From contig CAVQNG010000003.1 in NCBI GenBank assembly GCA_963713825.1, forward strand, positions 1,248,001 to 1,312,000: a stretch of DNA of 64,000 bases, in the 5' to 3' direction. The notes beneath the pieces were generated by a model. The model was not told the DNA's origin and did no database searches. It saw only the letters and a list, made by a program, of their open reading frames with translations. Source of the stretch: an uncultured Acidobacteriota bacterium. GTDB lineage: Bacteria; Acidobacteriota; Thermoanaerobaculia; Multivoradales; JAHEKO01. Position numbers and translations under genes: made by a program. Positions 37,447 through 46,320 of this stretch are shown in pieces; positions within the stretch are counted from its first letter, which is position 1, and each line of letters starts with the position of its first letter.

Positions 37447-38802
37447 ATGCGAGTCGATTCGATCCGACCCATCGTTGTCGTGTTGCTGGTGGTGCTCTGC
37501 TTGGCACTGGGCGGAGCCCCCTCTACTGGCGCAGAGACCTTGGCGTTGGTGGGAGGAACAGTCATCGACACCGGCGACTGGGGACGTTCAGGGGCGGATA
37601 TCGACGAAGCAGTCGTGATTGTCGAGGGCGGTGAGATCGTAGCGGTTGGCCCGCGTGATGCGGTTGCCGTTCCAGCCGGAGCACGGGTGGTGAATGCTGC
37701 CGGCAAGTACATCGTGCCTGGGCTCGTGGACGGCTTCGCGGCGATCAATAACCAGGCCTACGCCAATGCCTATCTGGCCAGCGGAGTGACGTCCATCATC
37801 TCGGTGGACGGAGGCCGACGCGGCGGCCTCTTTCTCGATGCAGAGCCCGGCCCGGCAGTTCACCGGCTCGACTCCGTGGGGTCTGAGGGGGCGACACTGG
37901 AAGAGCACCTCGCAGAGACGGATCGCCTGGCTGAAGTTGGAGTCGAGATCCTGCTGCTGATGTACAAGCTACCACCGGACCAGTTACAGGCACTGGCCGA
38001 GCGGGCGCGCTCGCACGGCATGGGCACGATCGGTGAGTTGGGGCTCTCTTCCTACCGGCAAGGCATCGACGCGGGTTTGAATGCCTTTGTCCACACGACC
38101 CGATACTCGCTCGACATGGCTCCTGAGGAGATGGCGCAGGCCGTGGTCGAACAGCCGTTCAGCGACGATCTCGATAGCCCGAAATGGACCTACTACAAGT
38201 GGCTGAGTGGGCTGTCGCCCTTCGACGAGCGGCTCGAGAATCATGCCAGGGTGTTGGCCTCGGGCTCGATCGCGCTGATGCCGACGCTTGCCCTGCTCTA
38301 TTTGGACCAGCCGTGGGCCGAGAATCCGTGGGATGAGCCGGTGGCTGACCTGCTGGATCCCGAGGACATCAACCGACCTGCGAATCGGGAGACAGGGCGA
38401 CACGAGGGGAGTGTGGCGCACCAGGTAGCCTACGCCGCCATGGCTCGTAGCGAGCTGATGCTGGAAGAGGCCTACCGCCAGGCCGGAGCGAACTATCTGG
38501 CGGGCAGTGGTACCGACGTATGGGGAACCATGCCGGGGATCTCTCTGCACCAGGAACTGGAGGGCTTGAGCCGGATCGGTATGAGTCCGCGGGAAGCTCT
38601 GGCGGCGGCGACCTCGAACTTCTCGAGGATCTTTCCCAACTGGGGGGCAGCTGGCGAGGTCCGCGAGGGTCAGCGGGCAGATCTTCTGGTCTTGAGCGAG
38701 GATCCTCGTGAAGGGGTCGAGAATCTGCGTTCCATCGAGACGTTGATACTGGCTGGGGAGATCATCGATCTGACAGAGCTGCTATCGGCACGAGGCCGCT
38801 GA
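37447..38802 (+). CDS. Secreted amidohydrolase-superfamily protein with degenerate metal motif
   Basis: Signal peptide, beta-sandwich start, GKYIVPGLVD but no HxH, AGSGTD, REALAAAT.N, G.RADL. Confidence 0.75.
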   Translation: MRVDSIRPIVVVLLVVLCLALGGAPSTGAETLALVGGTVIDTGDWGRSGADIDEAVVIVEGGEIVAVGPRDAVAVPAGARVVNAAGKYIVPGLVDGFAAINNQAYANAYLASGVTSIISVDGGRRGGLFLDAEPGPAVHRLDSVGSEGATLEEHLAETDRLAEVGVEILLLMYKLPPDQLQALAERARSHGMGTIGELGLSSYRQGIDAGLNAFVHTTRYSLDMAPEEMAQAVVEQPFSDDLDSPKWTYYKWLSGLSPFDERLENHARVLASGSIALMPTLALLYLDQPWAENPWDEPVADLLDPEDINRPANRETGRHEGSVAHQVAYAAMARSELMLEEAYRQAGANYLAGSGTDVWGTMPGISLHQELEGLSRIGMSPREALAAATSNFSRIFPNWGAAGEVREGQRADLLVLSEDPREGVENLRSIETLILAGEIIDLTELLSARGR

Positions 38803-38806
38803 CAAA

Positions 38807-38839
38807 CCCCTGGCACCGAGAAAAGCCCCTGGCACCGAG
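38807..38839. repeat. Tandem 14-bp direct repeat CCCCTGGCACCGAG x2
   Basis: Exact copies at 38807-38820 and 38826-38839 in an intergenic gap. Confidence 0.8.
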
Positions 38840-38887
38840 GAAGAGAAGGCCCCGAGTGTAGGGTTGAAAGCCGACGACGGAGGAGTC

Positions 38888-40048
38888 ATGAATGAGATCG
38901 ACCGGAGGAACTTCCTGATGATGAGCTCTGCAGGAGCGGCAGCGCTCGGTTTGGGCGGTGGCACGGCGGGTGCGGAGGAACCCGATGGTGGACCTTCGCC
39001 CGTGGTGCGAATGCACGGCGACGGCCTTGGCTTGACCCCCGGAGAGTACGCGGCATGTCTCGGGCAGCTAGCTGCCGAGGGCAAGGTCGAGCCCGATTAC
39101 TACTCGCGAGGGGGGTGCGTCGAGACTCTGGAACGCCGAATGGCGGAGCTGTTGGGCAAGGAACGGGCCGTCTTCTTTCCGACCGGAACGCTTGCCAATC
39201 AACTCGCGGTCAGGGTGTTGGCCGGAGAGGAGGGCAGGGTTCTCTTGCAGGAGGAGAGCCACCTCTACAACGACTCTGGGGACTGTTGTCAGCGATTGAG
39301 CAATCTACCCGTGATCGGATTGGGGCCAGGTGAGGCGTCGTTTTCGCTGCAGCAAGTCAAGGCCGAGGTGGCGAGGGCCGCCAGCGGCAGAGTTAGCACC
39401 CCAATCCGCGTCATCAGCATCGAGTCGCCCGTCCGCCGGCTCTGGCAGGAGGTCTTCGACTACGAGGAAATGAAGGGCATTTCGGCCTTTGCGCGTGAGG
39501 AAGGCATCGGCATGCACCTCGATGGTGCCAGGCTCTTTCTGGCGCCGCCCTACACTGGGGTGGGCGTCAAGGAGTATGCGGCGCTCTTCGACACCGTCTA
39601 CATTTCACTTTGGAAGTACTTCAACGCGGGGTCTGGCGCGATTCTGGCGGGCCCGGATGCTCTGCTGAAAGAGATGTTCCATACGCGCCGCATGTACGGT
39701 GGCAGCCTGCCCTATGGCTGGGCCTTCGCAGCGGTGGCAGGCCACTACCTCGAGGGCTTCTCGGACCGATTCCAGGAGGCGGTCAATGGGTCGGAGGAGG
39801 TCCTCCGGCGCCTGGAACAGCAATCGGGCTTCGAGATCGAGCGCGTCCCCAACGGCACCAACACTTCCCGCCTAAAAGTGGCTGGCACCAATGCGCAGGA
39901 ATTTCGGCGGCGGCTGGCTGAGAGGAACATCGACCTCCCCAAGCCACTGGAAGAGGGCGCGGAATTCAAGATCCAGGTCAACGAGACCTGGCGCTTCATG
40001 GCGCCAGAACTGTTGTTCGAGGCGCTGGTCGAGGCCAGGTCCGGCTAG
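38888..40048 (+). CDS. Tat-signal low-specificity threonine aldolase family (PLP) enzyme
   Basis: DRRNFL twin-arginine signal, PTGTLANQ, ESHLY, HLDGAR, SLWKY (PLP Lys). Confidence 0.85.
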   Translation: MNEIDRRNFLMMSSAGAAALGLGGGTAGAEEPDGGPSPVVRMHGDGLGLTPGEYAACLGQLAAEGKVEPDYYSRGGCVETLERRMAELLGKERAVFFPTGTLANQLAVRVLAGEEGRVLLQEESHLYNDSGDCCQRLSNLPVIGLGPGEASFSLQQVKAEVARAASGRVSTPIRVISIESPVRRLWQEVFDYEEMKGISAFAREEGIGMHLDGARLFLAPPYTGVGVKEYAALFDTVYISLWKYFNAGSGAILAGPDALLKEMFHTRRMYGGSLPYGWAFAAVAGHYLEGFSDRFQEAVNGSEEVLRRLEQQSGFEIERVPNGTNTSRLKVAGTNAQEFRRRLAERNIDLPKPLEEGAEFKIQVNETWRFMAPELLFEALVEARSG

Positions 40049-40063
40049 GAGGCCGAGCGGTCG

Positions 40064-43060
40064 CTACTGAACTTCGGCACTCTCCAGACGGTCGATCGCT
40101 TGGGCGAACAACTCGCGTTGCGGCTCGGTGGGCGGGGCGTCGGTGCTTTCCAGGTCCGAGGCCAGTGAGGTCAATACCCTGGCAACGGATCGAACCTCAT
40201 CGTCGGCTTCGCCGCCAGCCTCCTCGGTCTGGGCCACCAGGGCTACCACCCTCTCCAGTGCAGCCGCAATCTCGTTCTGGAGCTCCAACAAGTTCGACAA
40301 CTCGGCCGAGGTGACCTCGACGCGTGGATCCATGGCCACCTCGAGCTTTTGCGAGACAGTCTGGCCGCCGGCTGTAAGCCGGACCTCATAGGTGCCAGGT
40401 AGCACGAAAGCGCCCTCGGGTCGGGCAGGCGTCGCCCGGCCGGGCACAGCGGCGATGGAGTAGCTCGAGCTGAGGGTCTGGGGCGCCGGGTAGCGCAGAT
40501 CCCAAACGAACCGATGGTGTCCAGGTCCCGTAGTTGGCGTTGGAGGTTCGCCTAGCCAGATGTCGGCGAAGTAGATGCGCGCATTGGGCGGCTCGATCTC
40601 GTCGTCGCTGCCGAAGCGCCTGACCAGCGTGCCCTTGGAGTCGAGAATCTCGAGAACCACAGGGCCGGTTCCGTTGGACGGCAGGATGTAGTCCAGGATT
40701 GCTCCTGCCGGCGGGTTTTCACCTGTCGGCTCCTCTGGGGGCAACGGCGTGTCCTTGTTTTGATTGAAGCGAAGGCGCCAGGCGGCAGAAGGCGGCACCA
40801 GGACTGGTTCATCCCCGAGGTCGGCGGCCGCCAGCCGCCGTAGGGGAGCCACGGCGTCCAGGACCCAGATCGCCCGACCTTCGGTGGCCACGATCACATC
40901 GTCCTCATGGACCAGAAGGTCGTTGATGCCGGTCGTTGGAAGATTGAGCTTCAGGCTTTGCCAGGTCTCGCCGTCGTCAAAAGAAACGTGGACCCCGCGA
41001 TTCGTGCCTGTGAAGAGCAGGCCCGCTTGCTCCGGGTCCTGCCGTATCGCACCGACCCATTCGTTGGGTGGCAGACCATTCCCGATCTCGGTCCAGGTGG
41101 CCCCAAAGTCGTGGGTGCGGTAGGCCATCGGCCTTGGGTCGTCGACTCGGTGACGATCGACAGCCACGTAGGCGGTCCCGGGGTCCGAGGCGGAGGCGTC
41201 GATGATGTTGACTTTGCTCCAATCGGGCAGGCTCGGCGGAGTGACGTCGCTCCAGGTGGCGCCGTCATCTCGTGTGAGCTGAATCCGGCCATTGGTTGTC
41301 CCTATCCAGATCAGGCCGTCCGCGGCCGGTGACGGGGCAATCGCGAAGATCACGCCGTAGCCGCACTCGGTGGCTCGCTCCATGGGGACGTCGCCATCGC
41401 AATCGCCGGCCTCTTCGACAGCTCCCGTCAGATCGGGACTGATGGTGTCCCAGCTGGCGCCTCCGTCGAGAGATCGGAACAGGACCTGAGCGCCGACGAA
41501 GATGGGGTGTGGTGAGCGCGGGGATATGGCCAAGGGTGTTATCCAGTCGTAGCGGTAGCGCGTCGTTCCGGGGCGTGCCGCATAGCTCGACAGCGGCCAA
41601 GGAGAGACGTTCTGTACCTGCCCGGTACGTCCGTTCCATTTGGAGACCCTGCCGCCCAGACCGGCGCCGTAGACAATGTCGGGATCGGCAGGATCGGGCA
41701 CATCACCATCTCGCTCGTCGCCGCCTACTGGGCTCCAATCGCGAAACGTGATCTGGCCATAGTCGCTGCGGCTGGCGATACCCACCGTGCCGCTGTCCTG
41801 TTGTCCGCTGTAGATGCGATAGGGGAATCGATTGTCCACGGCCAGGCGATAGAACTGTCCGGTCGGTTGGTTGTACCAACTACTCCAACTCTTGCCGCCG
41901 TTGAAGGTAACGACTGCGCCCTGGTCGGCGCCGGTGATCATGCGTTGGGAATCGGTGGGGTCGATCCACAGGGCGTGGTAGTCATCGCCGCCGGGTGAGC
42001 TACGGACGATCTGAAAAGTCGTGCCTCCGTCAGTGGAGCGGCGGAGGGGCTGTCCTCCCGCCCAGACCGTGTTGGAATCCGAGGGGCCGGGCAAGAGCCA
42101 GCCCATGTAGCTCCCCACCAGGCTGGAATCGTCGTTGACCAGTTCCCAGGTGACCCCACCGTCTTCGGAGCGATAGAGACCACCGCCATCGGCAAGCTCC
42201 AATCCTGCCCAGACCCGTTGGCCGTCAGTACCTGGCGCGACTGCCAGCTCGATGCGACTGGTTGGTTCTTCCGGCAATCCGGTGCCAGCCACTTTTGTCC
42301 AGGTGCGGCCGGCGTCGTCGGATCGGTAGATGCCACTATTCGGCCCGACTGTGGGCTGAAAGTAGTCCAGCCAAGGGTAGCGACGGACCTGCCAGAGAGA
42401 GGCGTAGAGAAGGTCTGGAAGCTCGGGTGTGCCAGCGATGTCAGCAGCCCCTGAATCGGCATCCAGATAGAGGACCTTGTCCCAGCTGTGACCACCATCC
42501 TCGGTGCGGAACAGTCCACGCTCTTCGTTGGGTCCGAAGACGTGTCCCAGGGCCGCGACGATGGCGGTGTCGGCGTTCCTGGGATCCACCCAGAGGGCTC
42601 CGATGTGTTTCGTATCCTCGAGCCCGAGATGCATCCAGGTCTCTCCACCGTCGGTGGAGCGGTAGACGCCGTCGCCATCGACAATGTCCCAGCGTTGATG
42701 GATCTGTCCGGTGCCGACCCAGATGACCTGCGGGTCGCTGGGCGCGATCGTCAAGGCGCCGATGGAGGCGCTCCCCTGGTCATCGAAGAGCGGCTGCCAC
42801 GTCGAGCCGGCGTCGGTAGTTCTCCATACGCCACCGTCAGCGCCGCCGAAGTAGTAGGTTGCCGGATCGCCTGGGATGCCGGCTACAGCTGTCGCCCAGC
42901 CGCCACGAAAAGGTCCGACGAGCCGCCAGCTGAGAGCGGAGTAGGCTGATTCGGGAACTGCCATCTGGGCGGCGACTGACGCCCCCGCACCGAGCATGGC
43001 CAGTCCTGAGATTGCAAGAATTGAGCTGATAGAGACGAACCTTCGACTGAGATCGATCAC
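40064..43060 (-). CDS. Second secreted VPS10/BNR beta-propeller protein
   Basis: WRLVGPFRGG, repeated Asp-boxes, GQQDSG, ATEGR; AGGAGGGAG RBS before GTG 43060. Confidence 0.88.
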   Translation of the reverse strand: MIDLSRRFVSISSILAISGLAMLGAGASVAAQMAVPESAYSALSWRLVGPFRGGWATAVAGIPGDPATYYFGGADGGVWRTTDAGSTWQPLFDDQGSASIGALTIAPSDPQVIWVGTGQIHQRWDIVDGDGVYRSTDGGETWMHLGLEDTKHIGALWVDPRNADTAIVAALGHVFGPNEERGLFRTEDGGHSWDKVLYLDADSGAADIAGTPELPDLLYASLWQVRRYPWLDYFQPTVGPNSGIYRSDDAGRTWTKVAGTGLPEEPTSRIELAVAPGTDGQRVWAGLELADGGGLYRSEDGGVTWELVNDDSSLVGSYMGWLLPGPSDSNTVWAGGQPLRRSTDGGTTFQIVRSSPGGDDYHALWIDPTDSQRMITGADQGAVVTFNGGKSWSSWYNQPTGQFYRLAVDNRFPYRIYSGQQDSGTVGIASRSDYGQITFRDWSPVGGDERDGDVPDPADPDIVYGAGLGGRVSKWNGRTGQVQNVSPWPLSSYAARPGTTRYRYDWITPLAISPRSPHPIFVGAQVLFRSLDGGASWDTISPDLTGAVEEAGDCDGDVPMERATECGYGVIFAIAPSPAADGLIWIGTTNGRIQLTRDDGATWSDVTPPSLPDWSKVNIIDASASDPGTAYVAVDRHRVDDPRPMAYRTHDFGATWTEIGNGLPPNEWVGAIRQDPEQAGLLFTGTNRGVHVSFDDGETWQSLKLNLPTTGINDLLVHEDDVIVATEGRAIWVLDAVAPLRRLAAADLGDEPVLVPPSAAWRLRFNQNKDTPLPPEEPTGENPPAGAILDYILPSNGTGPVVLEILDSKGTLVRRFGSDDEIEPPNARIYFADIWLGEPPTPTTGPGHHRFVWDLRYPAPQTLSSSYSIAAVPGRATPARPEGAFVLPGTYEVRLTAGGQTVSQKLEVAMDPRVEVTSAELSNLLELQNEIAAALERVVALVAQTEEAGGEADDEVRSVARVLTSLASDLESTDAPPTEPQRELFAQAIDRLESAEVQ

Positions 43061-43302
43061 AGGGTACTCCCTCCTTGGTGTGATGATAGCTCTGCTGGAT
43101 TGCGATCCAGGCGGTGTTGGTTGATATGAGTGCCGAGAACCTGCGACCTTGGACGCACACACCTCACCTTAATTCGGGTTGAGAGGTTGGTCGGGCTGCT
43201 CTCGAGCGAACTCTGGGCCGTCGGTCAGACCAGGTGCCAGGGGAATTGCGAAGCGGACCAACGCACCTCGTTGTCTGGCAATCGAGGTCCTGTCGTCAGT
43301 AG

Positions 43303-44067
43303 CTACCAGCGTAGCCGGAGAAGCTCGTCGTGTGTGAGATGGACCTTGTTCCTCTTGGCGTTGACCAGCTGTGGCCGCTCGAACAGCTTGATGAGAGCCA
43401 GACCCGCAACGAAGCCACCGATGTGAGCCCAGAAGGCGACACCGCCACCTTCTGCTCCCAGGGCTCCCGCCCCTGACACCAATTGGATGACGAACCACTG
43501 GGCCAGGAGAACCCACGCCGGCAGCAGAAAGATCCGAATGTAGAAGACAAGAAAGATCAGCGTTTGAACCCTTACCTTGGGATAGAGCAGCAGATAGGCG
43601 CCCATGACGCCACTGATTGCACCAGAAGCTCCGACAGTGGGGACCGCACTGGCTGGGTCCGTCAGGATATGCGCGGCCGATGCGAGGATTCCACAGAGCA
43701 GGTAGAAAATCACGAATCGGATGTGGCCCATGGAGTCTTCGATGTTGTTGCCGAAGACCCAGAGAAACCACATGTTGCCGATCAGATGCATCCAGCTGCC
43801 GTGCATGAACATGGAAGTGAGGATGGTCATCCATCCCAGGCCTCCGACGGTGCAGGTTGCATCGGGACCCAGAGGAATCACGGCCCCCGGGTTGATGGAG
43901 CCCGTGATATCGGCCGGAATCGCTCCGAAAGTGCAAAGCGAGCTCAGGAATCCTTGCCCGCCACCTCCTTGCTGGACGACGACCCAGACCAGCACGTTGA
44001 TGGCGATGAAGATGAACGTGACGACCGGCGTGAGCTCGGTGGGGTTCTCGTCTCTGAGCGGAAACAT
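43303..44067 (-). CDS. Rhomboid family intramembrane serine protease
   Basis: MFMHGSWMHLIGNM, GASGA, AFWAHIGG. Confidence 0.93.
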   Translation of the reverse strand: MFPLRDENPTELTPVVTFIFIAINVLVWVVVQQGGGGQGFLSSLCTFGAIPADITGSINPGAVIPLGPDATCTVGGLGWMTILTSMFMHGSWMHLIGNMWFLWVFGNNIEDSMGHIRFVIFYLLCGILASAAHILTDPASAVPTVGASGAISGVMGAYLLLYPKVRVQTLIFLVFYIRIFLLPAWVLLAQWFVIQLVSGAGALGAEGGGVAFWAHIGGFVAGLALIKLFERPQLVNAKRNKVHLTHDELLRLRW

Positions 44068-44139
44068 CGGAGCTCAGATTCTACAGGAAGGTCCACGAGT
44101 CGGTGACCGACGACGGTGGGCCTGACAACAGCGATCTGG

Positions 44140-45453
44140 CTAGAATGCTTGCCCCGCCATTGCCCAGATGTGGAATCCTTCTTCGGAGTACGCAGCGTCT
44201 CCTCTAACGACGACCTTGGCGGTCATAAGGCGCAAGCCAAGACCCACATCCCACTTCATATCGGAGTGAAGCTCTGTCAGGTTCCAGTGGTCGGCAACGC
44301 GTCCGACCTCGGCGAAGGGTACCCACTGCCACCAATCGACCTGGAGCCAGCGCAGCCAAGCGATGCTCCCCAGGGGATTCCATTCTGGGATCACCCGGTA
44401 CTCGAGAGCGTAGTAGACGGCCGACTTGTCGCTGAAGCGATATTGCGGGAAGCCTCGCATCCGCAGGTAGCCACCGAGAGTCGGGCCCAGATAGGGAGGA
44501 GGTCGGTGGTCATAGACCGTGCCTTCGTCGGTTTCCTGTTCTTCCCAGGTCGGACTGTCAGCGGTCCAGAAATTGAACGCCAGAACCCGCTGCCGGGTCA
44601 GCCGCGACGAGCCCAGGAAGAAGTACTTGCTGAACTTGCCGTCCATCGACGTCCAGGAGCTCGTGCTGCCGAACTGGCCGAAGTCCCGCACCAGCCTGAA
44701 TGTCGTTGTGGTGCCGCGCGAGGGGTTGGGCGAAAAGTCCCTGTTGTCGTGCAGTACTGAGAAGGCCAGGCCGTTCGTTCTCCCCATCTCGTCACTGCCG
44801 GGAATGTCGAATGTCCGCTGGATCATGAAGGGCTCGAACTGCAGTAGGGTTCGACCGCTCCGCAACGGATTCCAGCTCTCGGCACCTGTGGCACCTGAAG
44901 CCAGGAGTCCACGATCGAGAACGTAGGTGGCGATCGCCGACTGCCGGGAGTGTCCGATGGGCAGTACGTACTTGAAGTTGGTAATCAGCCAATCATGCTT
45001 CCCTTGGCCGCTGATGAAATCGTTGGGGTCGGAGTCGTTGGAGCCCGCTCGGCTGTTGGGATAGTCCGGGTTGCCGTCGACGTAGGCACGCTGATCCGTG
45101 TACCGCCCCAATGAGGCGCTGATATCGAGAAAGAGGCGCCTTCCGGCGGGAATCTGGAAGCTGGTGCCGACGAAATAGAGACCCCAGGATCTGTTGGTGG
45201 TGCCGAGAACAGCGCTGAAGAGGCTCGATTGTTCTTGAGGCCACGCCGAAGCTCCGAGAGCGGCGCCCATTGCAACATCGAGAGTCTCCGTGGCGAAGAT
45301 GTAGGGCAGGATGAGCTTGCGGGACTCGACCTGACCGGTGTCGCCCACCTCGCGCAGGATGGCTGGAGGTTGGGTCAAGTCACTCCCCGAGGAGGGCTGT
45401 GAGGCAGCCAAGAGGCCGAGGAGCAGGAGAAGAGACCTGGCGCCGGAGTTCAT
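44140..45453 (-). CDS. Omp85/BamA-TamA-like barrel protein without POTRA domains
   Basis: Signal peptide, DNRDFSPNPSRG, LGG..RMRGF...RF, EYR, C-terminal AGQAF. Confidence 0.75.
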   Translation of the reverse strand: MNSGARSLLLLLGLLAASQPSSGSDLTQPPAILREVGDTGQVESRKLILPYIFATETLDVAMGAALGASAWPQEQSSLFSAVLGTTNRSWGLYFVGTSFQIPAGRRLFLDISASLGRYTDQRAYVDGNPDYPNSRAGSNDSDPNDFISGQGKHDWLITNFKYVLPIGHSRQSAIATYVLDRGLLASGATGAESWNPLRSGRTLLQFEPFMIQRTFDIPGSDEMGRTNGLAFSVLHDNRDFSPNPSRGTTTTFRLVRDFGQFGSTSSWTSMDGKFSKYFFLGSSRLTRQRVLAFNFWTADSPTWEEQETDEGTVYDHRPPPYLGPTLGGYLRMRGFPQYRFSDKSAVYYALEYRVIPEWNPLGSIAWLRWLQVDWWQWVPFAEVGRVADHWNLTELHSDMKWDVGLGLRLMTAKVVVRGDAAYSEEGFHIWAMAGQAF

Positions 45454-45566
45454 GTAGGAGACCCTGTTCATTCTGACCACCCAGAGTATGGGCTGGATCG
45501 ATGCGAAGCTCGTATGGTGTCGGATTGAGAAGGGGATTTCAACGGCACGAGGCCCGAGTCGGGTCT

Positions 45567-46163
45567 TCAGAGCCCGATCCCGAAACCGACCCGAAACACC
45601 CAGGGCTCATCGTAGGGGTTGGGGCCACCGCTGTTGTAATTGACGTCGTAGAGGAGAGCGATGTAGGTGGCCGCTCGTGGACCCATGCTGAGGGCGAATC
45701 CCGGACCGACCAGGATCCCGGTGTGGGTGGCATCGATCTGGGTCAAGTCGTCTTGGAACGGGTCGTAGTACTCCCAGGACAGGTGCTCAACCCCCAGCTG
45801 CAGGAAGATGGGTGCGTACACGAAGTAGCGACCGAAGAGTGAACCGCCCAGGTCAGTCGAGGTCAAGTCGGGGTCGAAGCGCTTGTCGTTGCGGTACCGG
45901 TAGACGAGGCTTCCTCCCAGCTGGATCTTGGGTGTAACTTGGAATCCGATCTCGGGAGCCATCTCGACGCTGTCGACTGCGCTGCTCGACGAAGCTCCGA
46001 GCCATCCGCCCACGTGCATTCGGTTTCGCAATGGCTTTCGGTGTTGGTACGGTGGTGGAGGGGAGGGTTCGGCCTCTTCCGCAGTCTCAGGGGCGCCTTC
46101 TTGCTGGGCCAGGACCGGAACCGAAAAGAGGCAGATCAGGACAGGAACGACGAATTTATTCAT
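45567..46163 (-). CDS. Small outer-membrane beta-barrel protein
   Basis: MNK signal peptide, alternating aromatic/Gly strands, C-terminal FRVGFGIGL. Confidence 0.7.
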   Translation of the reverse strand: MNKFVVPVLICLFSVPVLAQQEGAPETAEEAEPSPPPPYQHRKPLRNRMHVGGWLGASSSSAVDSVEMAPEIGFQVTPKIQLGGSLVYRYRNDKRFDPDLTSTDLGGSLFGRYFVYAPIFLQLGVEHLSWEYYDPFQDDLTQIDATHTGILVGPGFALSMGPRAATYIALLYDVNYNSGGPNPYDEPWVFRVGFGIGL

Positions 46164-46320
46164 GGTGGGCGTGTTCTCTTTCCGGAAGACAAGATATGCG
46201 CGGCCATCGACAGGTTGTTGCGCTGCAACTTTGAGAGCCCGAGAGCGTAACCTCCTCTGGAGCAATCGAAGGAGTGGAAGTGCGACTCGCCGCTGAAATC
46301 CGCTTCCACTGCAGATTGTC

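Noticed and set aside
26503-43060. Two VPS10 paralogues as a recent duplication
   Set aside because: Sequences are strongly diverged and the family is commonly expanded; not unusual
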